NCBI RefSeq assembly: GCF_004010195.1
Contig: NC_057719.1
Coordinates: 13,954,511 to 14,008,754, forward strand
Length of the DNA: 54,244 nucleotides
From: Chiloscyllium plagiosum
Taxonomy: Eukaryota
Direction of reading: 5' to 3'
Shown: positions 24,849 to 37,383 of the stretch, piece by piece
Layout of the letters: every line of letters starts with the position of its first letter
Numbering within the stretch: position 1 is the first letter of the stretch
The notes under the pieces: generated by a model
Told to the model about the DNA's origin: nothing
Seen by the model: the letters and a program-made list of their open reading frames with translations, nothing else
Databases searched by the model: none
Position numbers and translations under genes: made by a program

Positions 24849-25552
24849 TGTTATGGACCAGACTCTTCAAATATATCAAGGAGATAGCCTAGACTCTAAC
24901 TTCTATCTTAGTTACACGCAAGTGTGAGATGTTGTGTTCCTGATGTAACTCAGTTGGCCACTCTACTCAGCTTTAAGCAAAACACACTTTATTCTTAGAC
25001 CCAATTAAAATGCAAACAAAAGAAAGAACTGGTATAATTTTAAGTCTATTGGAAAACATAACAGAATAATAGGTTATATAGCTATTAAAGAGCACATGTT
25101 CCAATACAGTAACACCCCACAAACACACCCTTGGCAAAGGCAAATTCAGTAAAATAGGTATGTAATGTTTCTTCAGTCCAGGGGGAAAGAACACCAACAG
25201 AAAATTCTGACAGAGAGAGATAGAGAGAGAAAGAGAGAACTTGAGCATTTTGCTCTGGCCAAGAGAAATGTCTAAGAGCTTCCATAGACAACTTCAAAAC
25301 CCTAACAACTGCTGAAGGCTAAACTGAAACCTTGGTTCTGTAAGAGCTTGACTCCAACCATTCATGCTGTTTCTATTCTAACTTTAAAAATGTCCAGGTC
25401 CTCACAAACTGTTTACTTTATTGGCTTGGAAGAGAAAACCTCTGGCTCAAAGCTTCTCTTCAAAGAAAAGGATAGAATACAGGTCGGAAAGCCACAATAG
25501 GAATGGACAGCTCCCGTTCTGTAATTACCTGCCCTCTCGATTGGTCATGACA
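24849..25552. mobile_element. Probable degenerate LTR related to 33932-34567, opposite orientation
   Basis: Starts TGTTATGGAC..AGCC.AGAC..TAACTT, matching the reverse complement of the 34567 end; right boundary uncertain. Confidence 0.45.
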
Positions 25553-25911
25553 AGGTTACTTTAGAAAGGATCTTTAGCCTTGTTTCTCCCAGCAATAAAC
25601 GAATTCATTATACTTTTCAAAGAAGAGCCTAGTTAAATGACTTGAGTTAAGAAGGAAGGAGTTCAAGAATGACTAAATGCAAGAAGAGCTAGTAACGCAA
25701 CATACATTCACACCTATTAGAAATAAGTGGTATCTAAAAAGATAAATATTAAAAAATGCAGTATTGACAAATATGCAGATCAGTCTCAATCATTTTTGAA
25801 GTGTAGATAGTTGGACGTTGTGGTCTTGAATGTAATGGAGACGTTCAGGAGTTGGTGGTTAGCAGTCAAATTCAAAACTCTTAGTTTTGCAGTTGGGTTC
25901 TCAGCTTCAAG

Positions 25912-26355
25912 ATGTCTCTGCAGGAGTTTCATAGGATAGTGTCCCAGGCCCAACCATCTTCAGCTGCTTCATCAACGACCTTCCCTCCATCATAAGGTCA
26001 GAAGTGGGGATGTTCGCCGATGATTGCACCATGTTCAGCACCATTTGCGACTCCTCAGACACTGAAGCAGTCCATGTCCAAATGCAGCAAAATCTGGACA
26101 ATATCCACACTTATGTTGACAAGTAACATTTGTGTTACACAAGTGGCAGCTAATGAACTCTCCAACGAGAGAGAACCTAAGCTCAGCCTATTGATACTCA
26201 ATGGCATTACCATCACTGAATTCCTCACTATCAACATCCTGGGGGTTGCAATTGTCTAGAAACTTAATTGCATTAGCTATATAAACACAATGGCTACAAG
26301 AGCAGGTCAGAGGCTAGGAATACTGCAGCAAGTAACACAACTCCTAACTTTCCAA
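25912..26355 (+). mobile_element. Second LINE family RT fragment
   Basis: Encodes GPTIFSCFINDLPSIIRSEVGMFADDCTMF. Confidence 0.8.
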
Positions 26356-26600
26356 GGCAGATGATGGAATTTGAATCCAATAAAAACCTGGAATTAAAAT
26401 TCCAATGATACCATGAAACCATTCCTGATTGTCAGACAGAACCCATCTGGTTCACTAATGCCCTTTAGGGAAGGGAACTGTTAGCCTTTCTTGGTCTAGC
26501 CTATATGTTGACTTGTAACTGCCCTCTGGGCAATTAGGGATGGGTAATAAATGCTGGCCAAGCCAGTGACACCATCAGCTTGTGAATAAGTAAAAAAAAT
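26356..26600 (+). mobile_element. tRNA-derived SINE, second family (3' part)
   Basis: Shared AACCCATCTGGTTCACTAATG..GGGCAATTAGGGATGGG.AATAAA. Confidence 0.75.
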
Positions 26601-26989
26601 TACCTAACACAGAACTATTCCAGCCCACTCATGAGGGTCTCTGACATTCCACCATCTGCTGTTCATCCAAACCTGTAATGTCCATGGCTTAACTCACATT
26701 ACTATCTCTGCTGGGCTCACTGAAATACATTGGCTCCCAGCCAAGAACATATCGATTTCTAAAGTTCTCAAATTCCTCCTTTGTCTTGCCTCCCCTATTT
26801 CTATAATTTACTTGAGCTCAGCAACCCTCTGACTTGAACGTGATCATCCACTTCTGTCCTTTTGAATATCCACAACTTTAATAGCTCCACCACTGGCACA
26901 TTATCCAGGCACCAAGTTCTGGAATTGCAAACTTTCCACACCCCCACCTCACCCCACAATCACTGATCTCTGACATCTCGTCAACTTGA

Positions 26990-27520
26990 TCAAGTTTAGA
27001 AGGTTGAGGATGCATTTCATTGAAACTTACAGAATACTGTGAGGCCAAGATAGAGTAGATGTGGAGAAGATGTTTCTCTAGTCAGAGAGTCGAGGATCCA
27101 AGTGCACAGTCTCCGAGCAAAGAGACTACCATTTAGAATGAAAATGAGGAGGAAGTTCTTCAACCAGAGTGTGGTGCCTCATTGTTGCAGAAGGCAGTGG
27201 AGGTCAAGTCATTGCGTGTAATCAAGACAGAGACAGGTAGGTTTACAGAAGTCGCAGTGATGATGTTACCCAGTATGGTCATAAAAAGTCTGCATGATAA
27301 CCCAACAGCTCTGTTAACTAACCACCTACCTCATCCACAACCCGAGCTACATGTATTTGTGAAAACTTTAAAGGTTCTTGATTAAGTTGGGGGAATCAAG
27401 GGTTAGGGGAGATGGCAAGAGAATGGGATTGAGAAACATATCAGCCAAGATCAAATGGCACAGCAGACTCCATGGGCTGAATGGCCTAATTCTGATTCTA
27501 CTTCCTATAGTCTTATGGTC
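26990..27520 (+). mobile_element. Old CR1-type LINE 3' end
   Basis: Nucleotide similarity to CR1 C-terminal region and 3' stem-loop tail. Confidence 0.6.
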
Positions 27521-27934
27521 TAACTGTCTACCTGGCTTTGGAGTTATAGAGTCATATCACACAGAAGAGGCCCTTTGGCTCATCATGCCTGCTGACTTAG
27601 CTACATCAATCCAGCACTTGGCCAATAGACTTGAATGCTATGACATTTCAAGTGCTCATCGACATACGTCCCACAGATTTTGAGGATTCCCACCTCCAAT
27701 GCTCTCCCTGGCAATGCATTCTAGATTCGGACTTCTCCAAACTCCTTCACCTTAAAATTATGTCCCTTCATTATTGCAACTTCAAATAAAGCACAATAGT
27801 TTCTTCCTTTAAGACATTCTTTGAAAAGGACCAAGGTCCAACCTTTTGGGCATCTGGCCTCACATCTCCTTTAGCACTTTGATGCCATGATTTATCAAAT
27901 GATGCCCCAATAACATGGCATTGATAGGGAGGTG

Positions 27935-28245
27935 ATTGAATAGTGGTACTAGCATTAGACATTTAAACAAGGGACCTTAGAAATGATCTGAGGAACTCAG
28001 GTTTAAATCCTGCCACAGTGGAAATTCGATTCAACAAAAAAATCTGGAACGAATGGTCCAATGATATCGATTGTTCACCAACATCCTTCAGACAAGGAAA
28101 TCTGCCATCCTCACTTGACCTACAATACATGCGACTCCAGACCTACAGCAATGTGGTTGACTCCTAACTGCCCTCTGGGCCTTTAGGGATGGGCAATAAA
28201 TATTGCCAGCGATGTCCTCATCCCATGAATGAATGTTTAAAAAAT
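27935..28245 (+). mobile_element. tRNA-derived SINE, second family
   Basis: GGTTTAAATCC B-box; body homologous to 26356-26600. Confidence 0.7.
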
Positions 28246-29107
28246 AATGATGCAACTGGAGAGCAATGGCTTGGTCAAAAGTGCTGTCTAAATGTAAATA
28301 ATTGTTGTTGCAGTATGTCGAGATATATCTCTTTGGTTACCTAATCTTCCAAATCGCTTTAAAATTCCAAGGCTGAGGGGAGGTAGGGAGGTGATTCAAA
28401 GTCTTTGCTCGTTTAATTCTCGTGCGTTCAACTCACAGATGCTGCTCCTTCGAGAATGACTGACGTGACTCAAAGGTGCCCTTTTATGTTAATTTCCCCA
28501 TACTAACCCGATATTGCATTTATGATTTGATGATCTCGGTTGCTATAGTGAACGAGATTAAAGAGAGGCGAGTGATCACATTGTACCAACAGAATGTCTA
28601 CCGGATCATTGAGAGCTGATAACATTCGAGGATTGTCAGTGAGTGTTTCTGTTGCCATCATTAACTGAGAGTGAAGCTCCAGACAGAATTATTGGCTCAG
28701 CCTCACTGTCCTGCATGTTAATGCATTATTTATTCTTTATAATATATCAGAGCTGCTTGATAACATTCTCCATCTGGATAGGAAAGGTTGCTATGTCAGT
28801 TTTGTATCATTTGCAAGTGATTTAAATACACCTGGCCCAATGCAACTAACCAGATTGTTTTGAAGGGTGAAAACAGACTGGGATTTTCAACATCTTCGCT
28901 TTCTGATGAGCCACAGGAAATAAAGCAATTCATGGCATTTAATTAACTGCAAGAAAGTTTAATCTTAGTGAACATCAGATTCCATCACACTTGGAAAAGG
29001 CAAGGAAAGAAAATTTTAAATTGTGTATTCCCTAGAACTGCCAAAGCCTTTCAAAGTTAATGAATGACTTTGTAGCTATTTGTTATGCTCAGCATAAGAA
29101 TTAGTCT

Positions 29108-29848
29108 TTCAGGAATGAGGAAAATGTGCCAAGCAGGCTAAGATAAAAGGTAGGGAGGAGGGACTTGGGGGAGGGGGGTTGGAAATGCGATAGGTGGAGG
29201 TTGGGTTGGTGGGGGGTGTGGACCTGATGAGGGAGCCACGGAGGGACTCTCAGGTCCACACCCCCCACCAACCAAACCTCCACTCCCGGCACCTTCCCCT
29301 GCAACCGCATGAAATGCAAAACTTGCGCCCACACCTCCCCCTTTACTTCCCTCCAAGGCCCCAAGGGATCCTTCCATATCTGCCACAAATTCACCTGCAC
29401 CTCCACGCACATCATTTACTGCATCCGCTGCACCCAATGTGGCCTCCTCTATATTGGGGAGACAGGCCGCCTACTTGCGGAACATTTCAGAGAANNNNNN
29501 NNNNNNNNNNNNNNNNNNNNNNNNNNNNNNNNNNNNAAATCCCTCGAACTCAGCACCGCCTTCCTAACCTGCAATCTTCTTCCTGACCTCTCCGCCGCCT
29601 ATCACCCTCACCTTATCACCCTCACCTTAACCTCCTTCCACCTATCGCATTTCCAATGCCCCTCCCCAAGTCCGTCCTCCCTACCTTTTATCTTAGCCTG
29701 CTTGGCACACTTTCCTCATTCCTGAAGAAGGGCTCATGCCCGAAACGTCGATTCTCCTGTTCCTTGGATGCTGCCTGACCTGCTGCGCTTTTCCAGCAAC
29801 ACATTTTCAGCTCTGATCTCCAGCATCTGCAGCCCTCACTTTCTCCTT
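29108..29848 (+). mobile_element. Penelope-like family A with GIY-YIG fragment, inverted 5' portion and intact hammerhead (N gap 29495-29536)
   Basis: CTSTHIIYCIRCTQCGLLYIGETGR; 29108-29200 is the reverse complement of ~29632-29727; CTGAAGA(29722)-A-GGGC-TCAT-GCCC-GAAAC-GTC. Confidence 0.9.
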
Positions 29849-29879
29849 ACTGTTTAAACCTGGAGTTTATATTTCTTTA

Positions 29880-30220
29880 AGAGTCCCTACATTGTGAAAG
29901 CAGACCATCGAGTCTTTAGTGACCCTTTGAAGTGTAGCCCACTCAGACATATCCCCCCCCCCCCAATAACTACCCTATCCCCTGCATATCCCATGGCTAA
30001 CCAACCTAGCCTGCACATCCATGGACATTATGGGTAATTGAGCATGGCCAATTCACCTGACCGGCACATCTTTGGATTGTGGGAGGAAACCGGAGCACCT
30101 GGACGAAACCCACACAGACATGGGGAGAATGTGCAAACTCTACACAAACAGTCACCCAAGGGTGGAACCGAACCCAGGTCCCTGGCGTTGTCAGGCAACA
30201 TTGCTAACTGTACCACCCCA
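29880..30220 (-). mobile_element. HE1-type V-SINE
   Basis: Head, V-domain and tail homology. Confidence 0.85.
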
Positions 30221-30597
30221 AATTTGATCGTAGAGAAATATTCCCACACATCCCAGCATTACTGCCTGGATGCACCCAAACCAATTGTTCCCTCATCGCG
30301 GAATACACTGCCTATCGCATGTACATTTCCCACCGTTCATCAGTTCCTACATCACTTCTTTCACTGTAATTGTTTGACGTCATCCTGAGGTTGTGAAAGG
30401 TGCCATATAAATGCACATCCTTTGTTCTTCCTGTCATTCCATGCTCAGCTCAATTTATGACTTCAATAATCAGCTGCAGTTGCAATATTATGTGGTTCCC
30501 TCTACATTATGGTTGCTTCAAATAAAACATTATTTTTACTTAGGAATGCATTGGCAAATTCCACCGTTGTGAGATGTCAAACTAGCTTCATTCAGAA

Positions 30598-30746
30598 GAA
30601 GTCACTCAACACCAGATTATAGTCACTAGCTTTCACCTGACAAAGGAGCAGGACTCCAAAAGCTTGCGATTTCAAATAAACCTGTTGGACTATAACCTGG
30701 CATCGTGTGACTTCTGATCCCAGTCCAAAACCAGCACCTCCTCATC
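30598..30746 (+). mobile_element. Degenerate Penelope-like family B hairpin
   Basis: Similarity to 49149-49346. Confidence 0.65.
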
Positions 30747-31217
30747 CTTCAGAAGAGGTATGATGGGTTGGATTCCTGTTCTTGGTGCTGTCTGTGCTGG
30801 AAAATGACAGTCTAGCACTGGTGTTAAAATAACAAAACAGTTAAGTAAATAGATTTGCCGTTGCGAAACAAGCAGAAAATTATAACAACTTATCAACTGC
30901 AAAAACATGGGATTGGGAGCACACAATGCCACTAACTGTGTGTTTCCAAGACAGTTATTGTTTTCTGAAACATTATTTAACAACAGCAGCCGCCAAACAT
31001 ATTTTCTTTGCTGCATCACTAGCTGGTACTGATTGAAGCATTTTGTCAATAACCACAGGATATTAAGCTTCCAACCTTTGAATCACTTCATAAAGCTTCA
31101 AAGCTATCCTTGGTATCTATCATAAGCTGCTCCAGTATTAAAAAATACAATAAAGCTAAAACTTGAGGAAAAATGGTTTTCTTTTGTGAATGCAGGAAAT
31201 AATGAAACAACTTTAGA

Positions 31218-32550
31218 TAATAACATAAGATATAGAAGCGGAATTAGTCCATTCAACCCATCAAATCTGCTGCGCCACACAATCATGACTGATCCCATTC
31301 TCCTGACTTCTCTCTGTAACTCTTGATCTCATTACTAATCAAAATCTATCTATCTCTGTCCTTAATACACTCAATGACTTGGCCTCCACAGCTCTCTGCG
31401 ATAATGATTCCACTGATTCATCTCAGTTCTAAAGGGTTGTCCCTTCAACCTGAGGCTACCTTTGGGTCCTCGTCTCTCCTACTAGTGGAAACATTTTGTC
31501 CACACCAAGTTTCAATGACAGGCCCTTCATTCTCCTAAACTCCACCAAGTACAGACTCAGAGTCCTCAATCAGTCCTCATATGACAAGCTCTTCATCCCC
31601 AGGACCCTTTGCATTAACTTCCTCTGGACCCCCTCTGATCCTTCCTTAAATAACAGGGCAGAGAACTGCTCACAATATTTAAAATATTCAGTTTGATCAG
31701 AGTCTCATTCAGCCTTAGTAGTACATCTCTGCTCTTGTATTCTAGCCCCTTTGAAATAAATGTTAATAATGCATTTGCCTTCCTATTTTCCTGTATGTTA
31801 ACCTTAAGAAAATCCTGAACTTAGTCTCCAAAGTCTCTTTGTGCTTCAGATTTCCAAAGTATTTCCTCATTTAGAAATAGTCGATGTCTCTATTCTTTCT
31901 ACCAAAGAGCATAACCTCATACTTTCCTACACTGAATTCCATCTGTCACTTCTTTGCCCACTGCCCATAGCCTGTCCAAGTCCTTCTGAAGCCTGCCCAA
32001 TTGCTCAGCACTATCTGTCCTTCCACCTATCTTTATGTCATCTGCAATCTTAGCAACAATGTCCTTAGTTCCTTTTTCCAGATCCGTAATGCATAACATG
32101 AATAGTTTTGGTCCCAACACAAACCCCCGTGGAGCTCCACTAGCCATCAGATTCCATCCTGAGAAAGATCCCTTTATTCCCGTTTGCTGTCTTCTGCTAG
32201 TCAGCCAATTCTCTATTCACACCAGTATGTTGCCCCTAACACTATGGGCTCTTACATTATTTAGCAGCCTCCAGTGTGACATCTTATCAAATGCCTTCTG
32301 GAAATCCAAAGAGATCACATCCACTGGCTCTCCTTTGTCTAAGTTGCTTGTTACATCGTCAAAGATGTCTAACAGATTTGTCAGGCGTGACCTGCCCTTG
32401 ACAAAGCCGTGTTTACTCAACCCTATTCTTCTATGCACTTTCAAATGCTCTGCATTCTTCTCTTCAGTAATGGACTCTAAAATCGTACCAATGACCGAGG
32501 TCAGGCTAACCAGCCTATGGTTTCCTGTCTTCTGCCTCCCTCCATTCTTA
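31218..32550 (-). mobile_element. CR1-type LINE (RT to 3' end), older subfamily
   Basis: DFQKAFDK, GAPRGFVLGP, IADD motifs in ORFs 32217-32444 and 31917-32147. Confidence 0.88.
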
Positions 32551-32551
32551 A

Positions 32552-32768
32552 AGACAAAAAAACTGTAGATGCTGTTATCCTAAGCAGACAGGCAGGAGGC
32601 TGTAAGATCACAGCAAACCAGGCAGCATCAGGAGGTGGAGAAATTGACGCAGATCCCTTTACAACCACCCCCAGACCTGAAGAAGGATTAGACCAGAAAC
32701 GTCGACTTCTCCACCTCCTGATGCTGCTTGGCTTGCTGTGCTTTTCCAGCCTCCTGTCTGTCTACTCC
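32552..32768. mobile_element. Penelope-like hairpin (family A-related) with degenerate hammerhead
   Basis: Inverted arms ~32584-32649 / 32700-32765; CTGAAGA at 32677 and GAAACGTC at 32696-32703. Confidence 0.65.
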
Positions 32769-32822
32769 CTCCAATCTTAAACAGGGCTGTTACAGTAGTC
32801 CTTTCTCCCAGTCCTCTGAACC

Positions 32823-33003
32823 TGGTGGAGGCTGGTACAATTGCAACATTTAAGAGGCATTTGGATGGGTATATGAATAGGAAGGATTTGGAAGGATATG
32901 GGTTGAGTGCTGGCAGTGGGACTAGATTGTCTTGGGATATCTGGTCGGCGTGGACGGGTAGGACAGAAGGGTCTGTTTCCATGCTGTACATCTCTATGAC
33001 TCC
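32823..33003 (+). mobile_element. CR1/HER1 extreme 3' fragment
   Basis: Near-identical to 904-1085. Confidence 0.88.
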
Positions 33004-33442
33004 CATCATTCCTGAAAGATTACACCAATGCCTTTAGAATCTCAGCTATCTCCTGCTCCTCACTTTCTCCTATCTCCTTCAAAAACCCATTCTGCTGTGT
33101 GCTCACAGTGTGCACATCAGTGAAGGTGTTTTTTTAAACTAAAAGCTAATAGCCCTGCACACTAAACATCTCACAGATGGGAAACAAAAGTGATTTTTAA
33201 TGAACTGGAATGTATTTGTGTTCACAAAAGATTTACTTGACTAAAACATGGAACAGCTGAATAGTTTCACGAGAAAATCTCGGACAGACTAAAATCGTTC
33301 CATGTTGTGTTTAAAGGGGTAAAAGATTATTTGAATGAAACATCGAAGAAGTTTTAACAGGGTGGATGTGGAAAGGATGCTCTTCCCCTTGTGAGAGAAT
33401 CTAGAACTAGGGTTCACTATTTAAGAGGAAGGGGTCCTCTAT

Positions 33443-33843
33443 TCATAGAGTCATAAAGCCATACAGCATGGAAATAGACCCTTTGGTTCAAAAGGTCCAT
33501 GCCGACCATAATCCCAAACTAAAATAGACCCATCTGCTTGTGTTTGGTCCATATCCCTCCAAACATTTCTTATTCATATACTTATCCAACTGTCTTTTTA
33601 ATGTTGTAACTATACCTGCATCCAACACTTCCTCTGGAAGTTCATTCCACACATGAACCATACTCTGTGTAGAAAATTGCCCCTTGTGTTCTTTTTAAAT
33701 CTTTCTCCCCTCACCTTAAAATATGTCCCTTAGACTTGAAATCCCCCACCCTAGGGAAAAGACATCTGCCAGTCACCTTATGTATGCCCCTCATGACTTT
33801 ATAAACCTCTATAAGGTCACCCCTCAATGTTGTATATTCCAAT
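33443..33843 (-). mobile_element. CR1/HER1 3' end nested in an older + strand CR1 (~33330-34740)
   Basis: Homologous to 16334-16735. Confidence 0.8.
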
Positions 33844-33931
33844 GATTTAAGGCAAAAGTAAGTGGACTTTGTTTTCAGGGTTCTGAATCTTTGGGAATTC
33901 TCTTCCTCAAAAGGTGTTGGAATGTGTCTTT

Positions 33932-34567
33932 TGTCACAAAGCTAGTCCCTTTTTTTACTAAAAGCTGTTTCTTGGCTCAAGGAAGCTCTGTCCTTGATTT
34001 TTTTCAGAGGGCTAATAAACCAGGCCAGGCTCCGATTAGTCTGGTTTGGTCCAGCGATTAAAGGGTATTGAGAGGCCTTTTTGTTTATCTTTAAACAGAT
34101 GAGACTTCAAGCCAAAGTGGTCATGTTTTAGAAGTGACCTGTAGAATGAAAAGGGTGTGGTCAGCTCTCTAGCTGAGAAATTTAATTCAGTCCAGAACTG
34201 GTTAGGAGTTCAACAGTGAGCTGTGTGGAAACTCTCTCTTCTGCCCTTCAATCTGTAAGCATCTGACCTATTTTAGTACTGTGTTTTAAAGCAGGTTTGC
34301 TTATTGGGACTATTGTGTATATTCGGAACAGCATACTTAAGTCTAGTTTGGATAGACTGTGTTCTGAGGAGGTTCTTTATTCTGTTTTTCGTGTTTCATT
34401 GTGTAATTTTGTGAATAAGTGTTTTTGTCTGTTTTAAACCTTGGTAGTCAACCTCACTAACTTACTCTGGGTAATTTTCACTGTACACTTACTGAAACAA
34501 ATTGCAAAGTTATGGTCTGGGCTGACTGTTTAAGAATGCTTTGAGTGGTCGGGCCTCGTCCATAACA
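33932..34567. mobile_element. Solo LTR, 636 bp (Gypsy- or ERV-type)
   Basis: TG...CA termini, 4-bp TSD CTTT (33928-33931, 34568-34571); the flanking old CR1 reads through when it is removed. Confidence 0.75.
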
Positions 34568-34960
34568 CTTTGAAAATGTTTAAGACTGAAGTGGCTAGAT
34601 TCTTGAGCAGCAAGGCTGTAAACAGTTATTGGGGACAGGGTGGAATGCAGAGTAATCGATCAACCATGATTTTGTTAAACAACGGAGCAGGCCTGAGCAA
34701 CCGAGAGACCTACTCATGCTCCTAATTCACATGGTCATGTGTAAAAGCGACATCCAGCCTCCTTTGAAAATGGATGAACAGGAAAATATCATCTATATGT
34801 ATTAAGATAAAAAGGCTAATTACATGAGACTCCTCAATCTGTCTCAAAGGAGCATTTAATAATCAGGCCAACAAGAGTAACAAGGATTTGGAGCTGCAAA
34901 CAATGGTGAGGTTAACAGTGATCCCAGTTATTGCAATGTAAATTGGATGGTTAAAAATCA

Positions 34961-35224
34961 TTTTCTGAAGATGGGCTTATGCCCAAATCATCGATTCTCC
35001 TGCTCCTTGGATTCTGTCTGGCCTGCTGTGTTTTTCCAGCACCACATTTTTCAAATCTGGTCTCCAGCATCTGCAGTCCTCACTTTCTCCTAGTTAAAAA
35101 ATCACACAACATCAGGTTATATCCAACACCTAGCACTTCCAAATAAAGCTGGTGGACTATAACCTGCTGTTGTGTGATTTTTAGCTTTGTCCACCCCAGT
35201 CCTACACCGGCTCCTCTACATCAT
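34961..35224 (+). mobile_element. Family A short copy (34961-35092) abutting a family B hairpin remnant (~35095-35224)
   Basis: Mutated hammerhead at 34965; near-duplicate GTTAAAAA(A)TCA at 34950-34960 and 35093-35104. Confidence 0.7.
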
Positions 35225-35304
35225 GTAAAATGGAGGCCTTTATCTTCTAGAAACTGAATACTAACAGTCTTTTGCCACCAAAATACATTGAATAGCATGG
35301 AGAT

Positions 35305-35590
35305 GTTAGATCAGATTTCTTACAGTGTGGAAACAGGCCCTTTGACCCAACCAGTCCACACCGAGGAGTAACCCACTTCTCCCTAACTAATGCACTAATT
35401 CACTGGGCAATTTAACATGGCCAATTCACCTGCACATCTTGGGATTGTGGGAGGAAACCGGAACAAGCCCGTGCAGACACAAGGAGAATGTGTAAACTTC
35501 ACACAGACAGTCACCCAAAGCTGGAATTGAACCTGGGACCCTAATGCTGTGTGGCAGCAGTGCTAACCACTGTGCCATCATGCCACCCAC
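35305..35590 (-). mobile_element. HE1-type V-SINE
   Basis: Head, V-domain and tail homology. Confidence 0.85.
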
Positions 35591-36513
35591 GCTATACCTA
35601 CTTGATACGTACACACTGAACTTACCTTACACAGTGATAGTTTATCTGTTCCAATGTAAGTTCCCCTTAAATATAATGCAGAGTTATCGTCAATTACCTT
35701 CTGTGACACATAAGATTAAGTTAACAAGTATGGAGACTTCAGAGAAAAGTTAGAGTTTATGGATTAAAAGGGTCAGTAGTAACATGTTTACAACATTGAC
35801 TGAGGGATAGGAAACAAAGGGGAATGGTTGGTGGGTATTATTCAGGCCCATGGAAAGTTTGTAGTGGAACTCCCATGGGTTTGGTATGGGAGCCTTACTT
35901 TTCCTGAGATTTATATAAATCACCCTGATGTGCCAGGAACAACTTCAATGTTTGTGGATAAATTTATAATGTAGAAATCCAAAAAAAAATTGATAATCTA
36001 ATGTAGTGGCTAATAGGCAGCAGGTGAAGTTTAATGTATAAACTTCATGGCATGATCCATTTTGATGCAAATGTCAGGAAGAGACAATAGAAAATAAAGG
36101 ATGTGTAGGAGAGCAGAGATGTGGGTAAATGTACATAAGTCATCAGGACAGGCAAAGAGAGATGTTAATGAAGTATATGTATTCTAGACTTCGAGAAAAC
36201 ACTAGTTAGACCTCAGCGAGAGGATTGTCTATGGTTCTGAGTGGCACAATCCAGGAAGGCAAACAGAGAGTGCAACCATCACAGCCAATTCTAGCTCATC
36301 TTACCAAATGGTATTTTCAGATTAATTCACCACTGTTGGATATTCTGGAATTAACTGGTACATCGCGTGCCTGTGTGACTTTTAAAAGCTCATTGTGACA
36401 TGCACTGTCAGTCTGGAACTACCCTGCATACTTCCTGACATTTGCCTCAGACATGGCACTCAGCTTTGTGGGCAAGGTCCTGGATACCTGCTAGACTGGG
36501 TGATGTAGACTCT

Positions 36514-37383
36514 GTTGTGGTTCTGTTCGCCGAGCTGGGAATTTGTGTTGCAGACGTTTCGTCCCCTGTCTAGGTGACATCCTCAGTGCTTGGGAGCTTC
36601 CTGTGAAGCGCTTCTGTGATGTTTCCTCCGGCATTTATAGTGATTTGTATCTGCCGCTTCCGGTTGTCAGTTCCAGCTGTCTGCTGCAGTGGTCGGTATA
36701 TTGGGTCCAGGTCGATGTGCTTATTGATTGAATCTGTGGATGAGTGCCATGCCTCTAGGAATTCCCTGGCTGTTCTCTGTTTGGCTTGTCCTATAATAGT
36801 AGTGTTGTCCCAGTCAAACTCATGTTGCTTGGCATCTGAGTGTGTGACTACTAAGGATAGCTGGTCATGTCGTTTCGTGGCCAGTTGGTGTTCATGGATG
36901 TGTATCGTTAGCTGTCTTCCTGTTTGTCCTATGTAGTGTTTTGTGCAGTCCTTGCATAGGATTTTGTACATTACATTGGTTTTGCTCATGCTGGTTATCG
37001 GGTCCTTTGTCCTGGTGAGTTGTTGTCTGAGAGTGGCTGTTGTTTTGTGTGCTGTTATGAGTCCTAGTGGTCGCAGTAGTCTGGCTGTCAGTTTTAGGAC
37101 AGTTTTAGGCATGGCACTCATCCACAGATTCAATCAATAAGCACATCGACCTGGACCCAATATACCGGCCACTGCAGCAGACAGCTGGAACTGACAACCG
37201 GAAGCGGCAGATACAAATCACTATAAATGCCGGAGGAAACATCACAGAAGCGCTTCACAGGAGGCTCTCAAGCACTGAGGATGTCACCTAGACAGGGGAC
37301 GAAACATCTGCAACACAAATTCCCAGCTCGGCGAACAGAACCACAACAACGAGCACCCGAGCTACAAATCTTCTCCCAAACTT
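36514..37383. mobile_element. Penelope-like family C, inverted-duplication insertion with GIY-YIG fragment
   Basis: ORF 36570-37133 (-) is GIY-YIG; 241-bp inverted arms 36514-36754 / 37107-37347; TSD TGATGTAGACTCT (36501-36513, 37384-37396). Confidence 0.93.
36550..36589 (-). ncRNA. Type I hammerhead ribozyme motif, family C (second copy at 37272-37311 +, with GTC changed to ATC)
   Basis: GCA-CTGAGGA-T-GTC-ACCTAGACAGGG-GAC-GAAAC-GTC-TGC. Confidence 0.8.

Noticed and set aside
28495..28700. Short open frames and splice-like signals on both strands
   Set aside because: No recognisable protein and weak acceptors; treated as non-coding.
29222..29256. CTGATGAG hammerhead-like core
   Set aside because: No helix II followed by GAAA; it is antisense Penelope ORF sequence at an inversion junction.
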